Source: Moheibacter lacus
GTDB lineage: Bacteria > Bacteroidota > Bacteroidia > Flavobacteriales > Weeksellaceae
Length of the DNA: 64,000 nt
Direction: 5' to 3'
Assembly (NCBI GenBank): GCA_040392505.1
Contig: JBEBVY010000002.1
Location: 21,129-85,128, forward strand
The notes under the pieces are model-generated. The model was not told where the DNA came from. It did not search any database and worked only from the letters and a program-made list of their open reading frames with translations. Each line of letters begins with the position of its first letter. Positions within the stretch are counted from its first letter, which is position 1. Shown here piece after piece: positions 30,504 through 41,000 of the stretch. The translations under genes were made by a program, and so were the position numbers.

Positions 30504-31640
30504 GTGAAAAAAACATTTATTTTTTTGTTTTTAAGCTTCTTCCTTCCCAATTCGACCTTTTCACAATACACATTAATCCCCGACTCGAATTTTGAAGAAT
30601 TTCTCGAAAGCAATGGCATGGGAGATGGCGTAGCAGGAAATGGACAAGTATTGACAGCAAATATCGAAAATGTAACAGAATTAGTTTTGAGTGATTTGAA
30701 CATTCAGGATGTTACGGGAATTCAGGATTTCAGCATGTTGGAACTTTTGGGTTGCATTTTAAATCCCGTTAGCGAGTTGGATTTGTCTCAAAATACTCAT
30801 TTAAAGACAGTCGGTTTGTATCGGCTTTTTTCATTGGATCATTTGGATGTTACAGGACTGGAAGAATTAGTGGAGCTATACATCTTGGAGAGCCTTATGC
30901 CTTCAGTGACTTTGGGCTATCATCCTGATTTGACCTTCATTGATGTAACAGGAAATACGTTGAACTCGATCAATGTTTCACAGTGTCCGGCTTTGGAACA
31001 TCTGGACATAACGGAGAATTATATTTCTGAACTCGATCTTTCCCAAAATACCAATCTACTCCTATTATGGAACGGTTTAAATCCCTTAACCTCATTAGAC
31101 ACCTCTTTTAATCCTAATTTAGAAATATATTCCGGTAATGGTCAAATGACTCAATATGATTTTTCCCAAAACCCCAACCTTTATTCTGTTGGGATCGGTA
31201 TGAGTCCAAATTTGGAATATATAGACATGAGAAACGGGAACAATGAGATAATTCAAATGTTTCATATAGGAGGATGTGAAGAATTAAAATGTGTTTATGT
31301 AGATGATAAAACGGCTCCTTATATGGAGGAATGGAATATGGATTACGGGACATTTGTTAACAATGAAGCAGAATGTGAAGCTTTGCATACGGAAGAAGTG
31401 GAAACAAATGAATTTCTTTTCTATCCCAATCCCGTAAAAGACAAATTTTTTATAAAAAATGATCATCAGACGATCTTAAAAGTGAAAATTTTGGATATTC
31501 AGGGAAGAAGGGTCAAGGAGAAAAGAGGAATGCAGAATGAGATCGAAATTGATTTGAGGGAATTACCAAGCGGAGTATATTTTGTGATAATAGAATCAAA
31601 AGATAAGATATTGAAAACAGAAAAAATAATTAAACAATAA
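30504..31640 (+). CDS. Leucine-rich-repeat protein with T9SS type A sorting domain
   Basis: GTG start and signal peptide, IPDSNFE cap, LDLSQN repeats, YPNPVKD...LPSGVYFV...KIIK CTD. Confidence 0.85.
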   Translation: MKKTFIFLFLSFFLPNSTFSQYTLIPDSNFEEFLESNGMGDGVAGNGQVLTANIENVTELVLSDLNIQDVTGIQDFSMLELLGCILNPVSELDLSQNTHLKTVGLYRLFSLDHLDVTGLEELVELYILESLMPSVTLGYHPDLTFIDVTGNTLNSINVSQCPALEHLDITENYISELDLSQNTNLLLLWNGLNPLTSLDTSFNPNLEIYSGNGQMTQYDFSQNPNLYSVGIGMSPNLEYIDMRNGNNEIIQMFHIGGCEELKCVYVDDKTAPYMEEWNMDYGTFVNNEAECEALHTEEVETNEFLFYPNPVKDKFFIKNDHQTILKVKILDIQGRRVKEKRGMQNEIEIDLRELPSGVYFVIIESKDKILKTEKIIKQ

Positions 31641-31677
31641 AAAAAACCCTCAAATGTTTTCTAACAAATTGAGGGTT
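31641..31677. terminator. Terminator hairpin between convergent genes
   Basis: AACCCTCAA...TTGAGGGTT stem with an A-tract (T-tract on the minus strand). Confidence 0.65.
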
Positions 31678-31699
31678 AAATATTTTGGTTTATTTCAAT

Positions 31700-32305
31700 T
31701 TAGAAGAAATATCCGACTGATAGATTCAGCATATTGGAACGGTTTTCTGTTTGAAATTCACCCGATCCGCCGATGTTGTATTTCGTGATGTTTTTGCCTA
31801 AACCGAATTCGTATCGCAAATCAAAATTCAGATTTTTGATGTTGATCCCCGTTCCGATCTGCCATCCCAAACCGATTTCGTCTCTTTCATCAGGATCCGG
31901 AAAATCAATCCCATCAGATTTGACGGTGTCCTCAAAATTCAATGAAAACACAGGACCTGTTTGAACCTGAATCAATCCTTTAGCAAAAGTAGTTCCCAGG
32001 TTTACCGGAATGTCCAAACGACTTTTCTTCACATCAATGCTTTCTCCTCCATCCTCATATTCGTTTTTAAAAGCGGTATAAAGCAGTTCCGGCTGAACAT
32101 ACAAACCTCCTGTATTTATCCTTAGCATGGCACCTGCCTGAAATCCGACAGAACCTTTTCCTTTGTCTTCCCAAGTTTCATTGATAGCAGTAAGCACACC
32201 ATTATCAGCATTAAAAACAAGACCGGCTTTTAGTCCGAAATCTACATTTTGCGCAAAACTATTCATCGCAAATAGGGAAAACCCTAATAACATTAACTTC
32301 TTCAT
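31700..32305 (-). CDS. Outer-membrane beta-barrel (porin family) protein
   Basis: Signal peptide, FGLKAG, YVQPELLY, DLRYEFGL, terminal VGYFF. Confidence 0.82.
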   Translation of the reverse strand: MKKLMLLGFSLFAMNSFAQNVDFGLKAGLVFNADNGVLTAINETWEDKGKGSVGFQAGAMLRINTGGLYVQPELLYTAFKNEYEDGGESIDVKKSRLDIPVNLGTTFAKGLIQVQTGPVFSLNFEDTVKSDGIDFPDPDERDEIGLGWQIGTGINIKNLNFDLRYEFGLGKNITKYNIGGSGEFQTENRSNMLNLSVGYFF

Positions 32306-32316
32306 ATATGCTAAAT

Positions 32317-33099
32317 TTATTTTTTTGAATTTGCTTTTTCTTCCAACAATACTTCTCTTAATTTGGTAAAGAGCTTTGAAGAATAAACGAAATCGATGAC
32401 CGCTTCATTGTCCGCAGTCAAAATTTCATTTTTATCACCCGACCATTCCAGAACTCCGTTTTTAAGGAAAATAATGGTTTCGCCAATTTCCATCACCGAA
32501 TTCATGTCGTGGGTGTTGATGATGGTGGTGGTGTTATATTCGACGGTTAATTCGTGTAACAATTGATCGATGACCATGGCGGTTTTAGGGTCTAATCCCG
32601 AATTGGGTTCGTCCGCAAAAAGATATTTGGGTTTATTGACGATGGCGCGGGCGATGGCTACTCTTTTTTGCATTCCACCAGAAATTTCGGACGGAAATTT
32701 TTTAAAAGACTCCGGTGTCAAATTCACCCTGGTCAAAACTTCTTCAGAACGATCGTTCATTTCTTTTGCGCTCAAATTGGAGAACATTTCCAGCGGAAAA
32801 CGTACATTTTCCAAAACGGTCATGGAATCAAACAAGGCACTTCCCTGAAAAACCGTCCCGATTTCGCCTCGCAGCGCTTGTCTTTCTTCATAACTGAATT
32901 TGGTCGTATCGCGTCCGTCAAATAATATTTCGCCTGAAGTTGGTGTAATGAGTCCGGTCAAACATTTCAGAAAAACGGTTTTGCCGGAACCCGACTGTCC
33001 GATGATCAGATTGGTTTTTCCGGTTTCAAAAACGGTGGAAATCCCTTTGAGTACTTCGATGTCTTCAAACTGCTTTTTTAAATTCTTTACCTCTATCAT
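32317..33099 (-). CDS. mlaF: ABC transporter ATP-binding protein (MlaF/Mkl-like)
   Basis: GQSGSGKT, FQGSALFDSM, ISGGMQKRVAIARA, DEPNSGLDP. Start at 33099 overlaps the mlaE stop. Confidence 0.82.
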   Translation of the reverse strand: MIEVKNLKKQFEDIEVLKGISTVFETGKTNLIIGQSGSGKTVFLKCLTGLITPTSGEILFDGRDTTKFSYEERQALRGEIGTVFQGSALFDSMTVLENVRFPLEMFSNLSAKEMNDRSEEVLTRVNLTPESFKKFPSEISGGMQKRVAIARAIVNKPKYLFADEPNSGLDPKTAMVIDQLLHELTVEYNTTTIINTHDMNSVMEIGETIIFLKNGVLEWSGDKNEILTADNEAVIDFVYSSKLFTKLREVLLEEKANSKK

Positions 33100-33848
33100 C
33101 AGCTCAAAATCGTTTGGGTTAACACTAAGTTTAAGATAATCAAAATAACCGATGTCCAAACCACAGCCGATGTACTGGAACGGCCTACTTCAAGAGAACC
33201 TCCTTTTACGTGGTATCCATAATAAGCCGGAACCGTTGCGATGACAAAGGCAAAACAAATAGTTTTTACAAACGTATAGACAAACAATCGAGTCGCCATA
33301 GGCATCTGTAGTCCGATGATATAATCGGATTGGGACCACATTTGAGTGACTTCTCCGATTAAATATCCGCCGACCAAACCCATAGCGATACTGATCATGA
33401 TCAAAATCGGATTAAATAAAACGGCCGCAACAATTTTGGGCATCACCAAAAAGGAAGGAGAATTAATTCCCATGACATCCAGCGCATCGATTTGTTCGGT
33501 AACCCGCATGGTCCCTATGCTGGAAGCGATATAAGACCCTACTTTACCGGCAAGGATCAGGGAAATAATCGTAGGAGAAAACTCCAAAATCAGTACAACT
33601 TTGGTCGCATAGGAAATGTAATAATCCGGAACCGGAATGTCGGCGCCCTGAAAATTTTGCGCCATCTGGATAGCGGTTACCGCCCCCATAAAGAGGGAGA
33701 TAAAAGCCACCAGACCCACGGAACTCATTCCTAAATCATAGACTTCCCGCATGATGAGTTTGCGAAATACTTTTGCTCCCTGTGGCTTTTTAAAAACTTT
33801 TTTTAGGAACAAAAAATAAGCACCTATAAATCCCAGCAGTTTTAACAT
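33099..33848 (-). CDS. mlaE: MlaE family ABC transporter permease
   Basis: LEFSP, AGKVGSYIASSIGTMRVTEQIDALDVMG, EVGRSSTSAVV. Start at ATG 33848. Confidence 0.88.
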   Translation of the reverse strand: MLKLLGFIGAYFLFLKKVFKKPQGAKVFRKLIMREVYDLGMSSVGLVAFISLFMGAVTAIQMAQNFQGADIPVPDYYISYATKVVLILEFSPTIISLILAGKVGSYIASSIGTMRVTEQIDALDVMGINSPSFLVMPKIVAAVLFNPILIMISIAMGLVGGYLIGEVTQMWSQSDYIIGLQMPMATRLFVYTFVKTICFAFVIATVPAYYGYHVKGGSLEVGRSSTSAVVWTSVILIILNLVLTQTILS

Positions 33849-33901
33849 ACGCTGCAAAATTAGGATTTTTTTTGTCATCCCAATTTTTTTAACTTTCGCC
33901 A

Positions 33902-34495
33902 ATGAATCTGAAATCGCTCGATCCCTTCCTTCCGACAGGAGCCTTAATCTTTATAGAAAAATGGCTGGAAGATGTACACGTCGTCATCAAATTAAAAAAT
34001 GAACGACGCACGAAATTGGGCGATTACCGGTTCAATCATCATCCACACCTCCACCAAATTTCCGTAGGAAAAAACCTGGCTCCTGAAGCCTTCTTTTTTG
34101 TGTTGACACATGAAATCGCCCATCTGAAAGTGCAGAAAAAATTTGGTTCAAAAGCCAAGTCACACGGTATGGAATGGAAATTTATTTTTGGAGAAATGTT
34201 GCGGGAATCAATAGAAATTTACAAAGAATCCCGAAATGAAATAATCCAACACGCGAAAAGGCCCAAAGCCAGCGTAGGTGCTGATAAAAACCTTTTCCAA
34301 ACATTGTTTTTAAAGAAAGATCAATTGGGAAATATAGTGGAAAACCTAACTGAAAACCAAAAGTTCCGAATTGGAAAAAGGGTTTTTCAGCGTGGCTCCA
34401 AGCGAAAAATACGGTATATTTGCAAAGAACTGAAAACGGGTCGTATGTTTTTGGTAAATGGGCAAGCAATAGTAGATGAAATAATCAACGAATGA
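33902..34495 (+). CDS. SprT-like zinc metalloprotease domain protein
   Basis: RRTKLGDY, THEIAH, HGMEWK. Confidence 0.8.
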   Translation: MNLKSLDPFLPTGALIFIEKWLEDVHVVIKLKNERRTKLGDYRFNHHPHLHQISVGKNLAPEAFFFVLTHEIAHLKVQKKFGSKAKSHGMEWKFIFGEMLRESIEIYKESRNEIIQHAKRPKASVGADKNLFQTLFLKKDQLGNIVENLTENQKFRIGKRVFQRGSKRKIRYICKELKTGRMFLVNGQAIVDEIINE

Positions 34496-35571
34496 ACAAA
34501 AATTACTTTGGAGTTATCATGGCGGGAGGAGTCGGGTCACGTTTTTGGCCTTTAAGCACTTCCGAATTTCCCAAACAATTTCACGATATTTTAGGAACCG
34601 GACGCACCTTTTTGCAAAGTACGTTTGACCGGATGAAAAAACTCATTCCTGCTGACCAGATTTACATCGTCACGCTGGGCGAATATGTTGACCTTACGCT
34701 TCAACAATTGCCTGAAATATCTAAAAATCAGGTTATTGCAGAGCCTATGGCGATGAATACAGCTCCTTGTAATCTCTATGCCGCCAAATTAATCCATGAA
34801 CTCAATCCCGAAGCCAACATCGTGGTGGCTCCTTCAGATCATGTGATTTTGCAGGAAGATATTTTCATTGAAAAATTAAAATTGGCCTTGCATGAATCAG
34901 AAGAAAAAGAAGAATTGATCACGCTCGGGATTCAACCTACACGCCCCGACACCGGATATGGTTACATTCAATTTATCGACAACAAAAAATCGGAAATAAA
35001 AAAGGTTAAAACCTTTACGGAAAAACCGGGTATAGAATTGGCTGAAGTGCTGTATAAATCAGGTGATTTTCTTTGGAATGCCGGTATTTTTGTTTGGAAA
35101 GCGTCCACCATTTTGAAGTCTTTCCAAAAACATTTACCTGAAATGGTTGAGTCTTTTGAAAAAATTCAGAGTCCTTTGAATTCTGAAAAAGGCAAGAAGG
35201 AAGTAAAATCGATTTATTCGCATCTGCAGATGATTTCTATCGATAACGGGATCATGGAAAGAGCGGAAAACGTGTATGTAATTCCCTCTTCTTTTGGTTG
35301 GTCAGATTTGGGAACCTGGAAATCTCTTTATGAAATTTCGCCTAAAAATGGCGGAAACAATGTCAAACACGGCAAACACATTTTGACTTATAACACCAAA
35401 GATTCTTTGATTTATACCTCCCAGAGTAAGGCCATCATCGTAGATGGTTTAGAGGATTTTATCGTGGTAAACACGCGAAGAGCTTTGTTGATTTGTCCGA
35501 AAGATAAAGACCAGGCCATCAAAGCATTTGTGAGCGATTTGAAACTGAACAAAGGAGAGAAGTTTACTTGA
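34492..35571 (+). CDS. Mannose-1-phosphate guanylyltransferase
   Basis: MAGGVGSRFWP, PKQF, NTAP, PSDH, GYGYI, FTEKP, WSDLGTW. Confidence 0.93.
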   Translation: MNKNYFGVIMAGGVGSRFWPLSTSEFPKQFHDILGTGRTFLQSTFDRMKKLIPADQIYIVTLGEYVDLTLQQLPEISKNQVIAEPMAMNTAPCNLYAAKLIHELNPEANIVVAPSDHVILQEDIFIEKLKLALHESEEKEELITLGIQPTRPDTGYGYIQFIDNKKSEIKKVKTFTEKPGIELAEVLYKSGDFLWNAGIFVWKASTILKSFQKHLPEMVESFEKIQSPLNSEKGKKEVKSIYSHLQMISIDNGIMERAENVYVIPSSFGWSDLGTWKSLYEISPKNGGNNVKHGKHILTYNTKDSLIYTSQSKAIIVDGLEDFIVVNTRRALLICPKDKDQAIKAFVSDLKLNKGEKFT

Positions 35572-35631
35572 AACGGAGTTAGTCAAGTGTAAGATGCTCA
35601 AAATCAACCACTCAACCACTCTTCCATTCAA

Positions 35632-36516
35632 TTACGAATTCTTTATCCCCAATTTCCTGTGTGCTTTTCGGTAGGCCCATTTTTCCTTGTAATCAATCCA
35701 TTTCTGTCCTTTGAATTTACGGATGTAATAATCCAGATGTCGCATGAAAAATATGTTGTACATCATACCCAGAAAACGTCTCGGATCTTGCGGTAAGGCG
35801 CGGAGAGAAATGGAAAATCCGCCGTTCAAATAGGAAATATAATGCCACCATTCGCCCGGAATATAAAGCGCGTCGCCATGAAGCATATGCGCTTCAAATC
35901 CTTGAGCATGTTGTAGAGCCGGATATTTCTCAAAATCGGGATTGTTCATGTCGATGGATTCGATGTTACAGATCGACATGGGAACCTTATACAAATTGGT
36001 ATTTTGCTCAGGGCCAAACAATAAAACGCGTTTATGTCCTTCGAAATGAATATGCAGATTATCACCCAAATCGATGTCATAATGCATAAACGTATGCGCC
36101 TTGCTTCCGCCAAAAAACAGCGCCGGAATTCGTTTGAAATAATTCATTCCTATGTCCGGATATTCAAAATCCTTTTCCAGTTGGGGCAAATTGTCTTTGA
36201 CCATGTAGAAAAAAATACGCAGATCCGTAGGTTCGTTGTTTTGCAATTTGTCGAGGTATTCACGCATTTTCATGTGCGTCACCGGCTCATACGAACTTTT
36301 ATTGCCCTTGGTCGGTTCGTTATTGTAGAGTGGAACGACTTGTTCGCCGGCGATTTCCTTGATATAATCAAACCGCCATTTGTCGTTCCAGGAATCGGTC
36401 AAACCCTCTATCAGAACGGGTCTTTTCTTTTTCAAATAATTTTTTACAAACTCCTCTTTGGAAATCCCCTTAACGCGGTCGACCGGAGCTAAATTGAATT
36501 TTCCCATAGCTTTCAA
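35632..36516 (-). CDS. JmjC/cupin-like Fe(II)/2-oxoglutarate oxygenase
   Basis: RPVLIEG, LFFGG, HYD...H facial triad (MHYDID; LYIPGEWWHYI). Confidence 0.85.
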   Translation of the reverse strand: MKAMGKFNLAPVDRVKGISKEEFVKNYLKKKRPVLIEGLTDSWNDKWRFDYIKEIAGEQVVPLYNNEPTKGNKSSYEPVTHMKMREYLDKLQNNEPTDLRIFFYMVKDNLPQLEKDFEYPDIGMNYFKRIPALFFGGSKAHTFMHYDIDLGDNLHIHFEGHKRVLLFGPEQNTNLYKVPMSICNIESIDMNNPDFEKYPALQHAQGFEAHMLHGDALYIPGEWWHYISYLNGGFSISLRALPQDPRRFLGMMYNIFFMRHLDYYIRKFKGQKWIDYKEKWAYRKAHRKLGIKNS

Positions 36517-36518
36517 AA

Positions 36519-38060
36519 TTAATTATTTCTTCCAAATTCATAAGCCGAATTGATTTTATCCACCAAATGCTTTCTTCCGATTAACTCCGAACAAGTCAAA
36601 ACCGCTCCTATCGTTACACCCAAAATGCCATGCATGCTGATGCATTGTCCCGTGAGAAAGAGATTGGGAATTTTGGTGCGCGGCGGAAGATAATTCTTCA
36701 AAGGAAAATCGGCATCTTTTGTAAATCCGTACATGCAGCCGGAGGCGCTACCTATGTAATCCCGGTATGTAAGCGGCGTAGCAACATATTTTGATTGGAT
36801 GCAATTACGGATGTCCGGAAACTTTTTCTCCAATTCTTGAAGGAGAATTTCGGTTTTCTCTTCTTTAAAGCGCTCGTATTCCTTTCCTCTTTCATCCTTT
36901 TCCGCTACCGTGTTGAACGTATCTTTCCATTTCTCCACTTCCTCATAGCGCATATAGGTCAAAACACTGATTCCGTCCGACCAACCGTCATTTTCCGATT
37001 TGGCACTGAACGAAATCATATAACTTTCCGGCCAGTTTTTTTCTTCATAATGGATGCTTTCCCAGACTTTATTTTCATTTTTGAAATGATAATAATTGTG
37101 TTTCAAATAAGGAAAACAATTGGGTTTCAGCGTGATATACAAACTAAAAGAGGAAATCGTGTCTTCCGATTCGTTGATTCTTCTTTTGTAGGATTTTCTC
37201 AATTGGAAATTGTCAATGATTTCCAATGTTTTCTTGGGATCGATGTTGGAAATAAATCTTTTTCCTTTATAAATGGATCCATCGGCCGTTTTCACAAATT
37301 CAACTTCTCCGCCTTCATTGACCGAAATGGAAATTACTTTTTTGTGTTTCAACACTTTACCACCCAATTTCCGAATTTCTTTTATCAATAATTTAGAAAT
37401 CTGACTTCCGCCATTCACACACCTCCAGGCACTTTCTATGTAGGAATTGATCGATAAAGAATGCACATAAAAGGGCGTTTTATTTTCAATTCCTGCATAT
37501 AGAAAATTCGTCCCGGCCAGTACTGCACGCAGTTTCAAATTATCGGTCAACTCATTGATGACTTCGCTTGCTTTTAGCGACATCAAATCCTGATTGGAAG
37601 CGGGATTATCATCCATTTCTACTTTGTAGAGCGGAAAACTTTCACAAACCGTCTTCATTTTTTCAACATAGCTTTGGATGGCGGACTTTTCTTCCGGGAA
37701 AAAACGGATGAGTTGTTGAACGAAATTATCAGCACCCTGCGCAAACGGATATTCGTTTGGATCTCCGTCAAAGGTCACCATATCGTATCCGTCTTCATCC
37801 ATTCGTTGGATTTTCAGTTTGTCCGCGATACCGAGATAGTGAAAATATTTGTGGAGGTTTTGCCCCTGTAAAAGCCCTCCTATGTAATGAACGCCCGTAT
37901 CAAAAATGACTTTATCACGTGAAAAAGTTTGGAGATTTCCCCCGAATTGCTGGTTTTTTTCCAGCACGAGCACTTTCAGGCCTTCACGCGCCAGGATGTT
38001 GGCACAAACCAATCCGCCCAAACCACTTCCTATGATGATGATGTCAAATTCTTCCTGCAT
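36519..38060 (-). CDS. FAD-dependent oxidoreductase, phytoene desaturase / retinol saturase family
   Basis: IGSGLGG, LEKNQQFGG, FDTGVHYIG, TPLTY, NLFLTGQ, HGILGV. Confidence 0.85.
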   Translation of the reverse strand: MQEEFDIIIIGSGLGGLVCANILAREGLKVLVLEKNQQFGGNLQTFSRDKVIFDTGVHYIGGLLQGQNLHKYFHYLGIADKLKIQRMDEDGYDMVTFDGDPNEYPFAQGADNFVQQLIRFFPEEKSAIQSYVEKMKTVCESFPLYKVEMDDNPASNQDLMSLKASEVINELTDNLKLRAVLAGTNFLYAGIENKTPFYVHSLSINSYIESAWRCVNGGSQISKLLIKEIRKLGGKVLKHKKVISISVNEGGEVEFVKTADGSIYKGKRFISNIDPKKTLEIIDNFQLRKSYKRRINESEDTISSFSLYITLKPNCFPYLKHNYYHFKNENKVWESIHYEEKNWPESYMISFSAKSENDGWSDGISVLTYMRYEEVEKWKDTFNTVAEKDERGKEYERFKEEKTEILLQELEKKFPDIRNCIQSKYVATPLTYRDYIGSASGCMYGFTKDADFPLKNYLPPRTKIPNLFLTGQCISMHGILGVTIGAVLTCSELIGRKHLVDKINSAYEFGRNN

Positions 38061-41000
38061 TTTTGTTTTTAAAAATCGTCAAATCCTTCTCGGAAAAATA
38101 GATTTCCCATTCGTCTAAATTTACAGCTTTTTCAAATCCTTCTCTGCATTTTTCATTCTGAACGATCACATAATCCGCGACCGTAAACAATTCGGGAAAT
38201 TTAGAATGAAACCGCACCGGAAAACGATTGACCGTAAATGTATTTTGAGCAATTTGTATTTTTTCCACATCTTCATCCCAGGCTTCAACCACCCGAAATG
38301 CAGAATCGTAAACCAACAGAAAATCCAAAACACCATACCCGCAACCTAAATGCAAAATCCTTGCTTTGACAGGGAGAATGGAAAGAATTGTATGGTACAG
38401 ACTTTTATGGGCTTCGAAATCGGATTTAAAAGCTTTTTGAATGTATTTCGGTTTGTATATATAATTGAAATTCAGCTTGTTTCGAAAATAATTTTCATCT
38501 TCATCCTTTCTTTTCAATTCGATGAATTTTTCTTTGAAATACCGACTGATATTTTTGGTTCTCTCCGTATAATTTTGACCCCAATCTGCGTCATCATGCC
38601 GAATCACCGGTAAAAATTCCAAGGTCAATTTCCCTGACTTTAACAGATTGTCATCCTTAGGCAAACGATCTGCATTTCCGCGCACCAAAACGGGTTGGAT
38701 ATCCAGATTCAATTTCTCCGAAAGATAAAATGCTCCCTTGTGGAAACGCTGTACGGCAGAAGTTCGGGAACGTGTTCCCTCCGGAAATACAATGACCGAA
38801 TAACCCTGTCTTATTTTTTCTTCCAATTGCGGAATTCCGTCGTCATAATTTTCTGAAGACGAATAAAATCCGGCCATTTGGATGGCTTTTCCGAAGAATT
38901 TGGATTTTAAAACCCGGTTGTTCACCATAAAAATCAGACGGTTATGCAACATCCCCATCGTGGGCGTATCCAATTGTGAAGTATGATTGGCAATGATGAT
39001 TTTCGGGGTGCTGAAATCCAGATTTTCTTCTCCTATTTTTCGTATCGGAATAAACGGCGTTCCGTACACCAACAGCCAGAAATATTTTTGCATCACCGTA
39101 TGAAACGCACCGAATTTTTTCTTTTTGCTAACGGGAATAATCGGTAGAAATACCTGAGCCAGAAGATTTAAAATGAATCCGGCGACAAAGAAATATCCAA
39201 ACGTAAAAAACGTATAAATCACCCCCAAAATAGTGCGCGGCGTATTGCCTTTGTCTTGTGGTTTCTGGATGAAAAAACGGAAAAGCCAAGGCTGAATCGT
39301 AAACGACATCAGAACCACAACGGTCAAACCGATGATTGGAATCCATGAAATCGAATAAATAGCAGGATGTTTGGCAAAAATCAAAACGCCAAAACAAATA
39401 ATCGTTGCGAGAGCCGACATCAAAATGCCCGATTTAAAAGCAGGCATTTCATCCGTTCCATAAGTGTATTTTTCAATCAGTCCGCGGGTTACAAAAATCG
39501 AATAATCCACTCCCAGACCAAATATCAATGTAGTGATGATGATATTGAAGGCGTTAAAATTTAAACCCAATACGCCCATCATCCCCAGCGTTACAAGCCA
39601 GCCGGCAAAAATAGGGATATTGGTGATGAGGGTCAGTTCCATCGAACCGAAAAACAAAAACAAAATGATAAAGATGACGATCGATGAGATGAAAAACAAT
39701 TTATCAAAATCTGCCTCCAAATTGGATAAAAAGGTTTCGGAAAGTTTTTTTCGGTCGATGACCAATGTGTTTTTTCCTTCAGAAAATTCTTTGACTACTT
39801 TATCCGTATTTTCATTTTTCATTTTCAGCGAAGAGGTAATTGTAACCAGATCATCCTCTTTTTTAACGAACTCATTCAGAAATAATTCATTCAGAATTTC
39901 GTTTTCGGTCAGATTTTCATAGGTGAATTCTTCATTTAGCCGATTAAAAAACGGAGAAAAAGCATTGTCCTTGAAACCGAATTTTCGGCCTTCGGAAATC
40001 ATTTGATTTTGTAAGGTTTCTTTGCGTTCTTGTGTCCAGAACTGGTTCCAGCGTTCGATTTTTTGTTTCTGTTCATTTTCCGAAAGTAAAATTCCGCCGA
40101 TGGAACTAAAAGACAGAATCTCATCTTTATTTTCGGCCTTTAAAAGTTTATTGTACAAATCTGAATTTGCCGCCAAAGCTTCTTCAAAATCGGAACCGTA
40201 GGAAGCAATGTATATGGATTTTGAGGAATAATCATTTAGTTTATCCAGTTCATTTTCAGCTTTTTGTAATTCATCCGGCATATAATTCAGTTTATTCAAA
40301 TCGTTTTCAAAACCTACATTTCGATAGGTAAACAAACTGATCAGAATGAGCAAAACGGAAAAGCCGAGCAGGAATTTATTTCGATCGAAATCATAAGAAG
40401 CCAGTTTGTCAATGATTGTATTTTGTTTGACTTCGAATGAATTTTTGGGCAAATAAACCTGTGGCACAAACAATAATGCAAAAATGGCGGCACCCAGAAC
40501 GCTGACCGCCGCAAAAACACCCAAATCTTTCAGTACATCGGACTTTAAAAACAACAAAACCAAAAAATCGGCTGCCGTAAAAACCGCACAAATGAGCAGA
40601 GGTTTTACGGTACTTTTGAATAATTTTTCGATATCGCCCGTGCTGCGGTAATGACTCAAAATATGCAGCGAATAATCCAGCGTCAGACCCAGAAGCACCG
40701 ATCCAATCCCTATGGAAATCGCTGAAATTGTTCCTTTTAAAAAGTACAAAACAGCCATGCCAAGCAAACTTCCAAAAATCGCCGGAACGATGATAATCAG
40801 TGGAATGTAAGGCTTTCGGTAAAAATAAATAAACAAAGCAAAAAGCAAAACCACCGAAATGCTCAGCGTGAGGATGATGTCGTTTTTGATGCGTTTGGCG
40901 TTGGCAACAGAAACAGGAGTTGCTCCGAAATATTCCGCTTTTACATTTGATTTTTTGAATTCGGTATTTAATTTTTGAATCGAATTATTCAGGTCGTTTA

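Noticed and set aside
37911-37926. parS-like TTTATCACGTGAAAAA (a similar weak match lies near 5135-5150)
   Set aside because: Three mismatches to the consensus and inside coding sequence.
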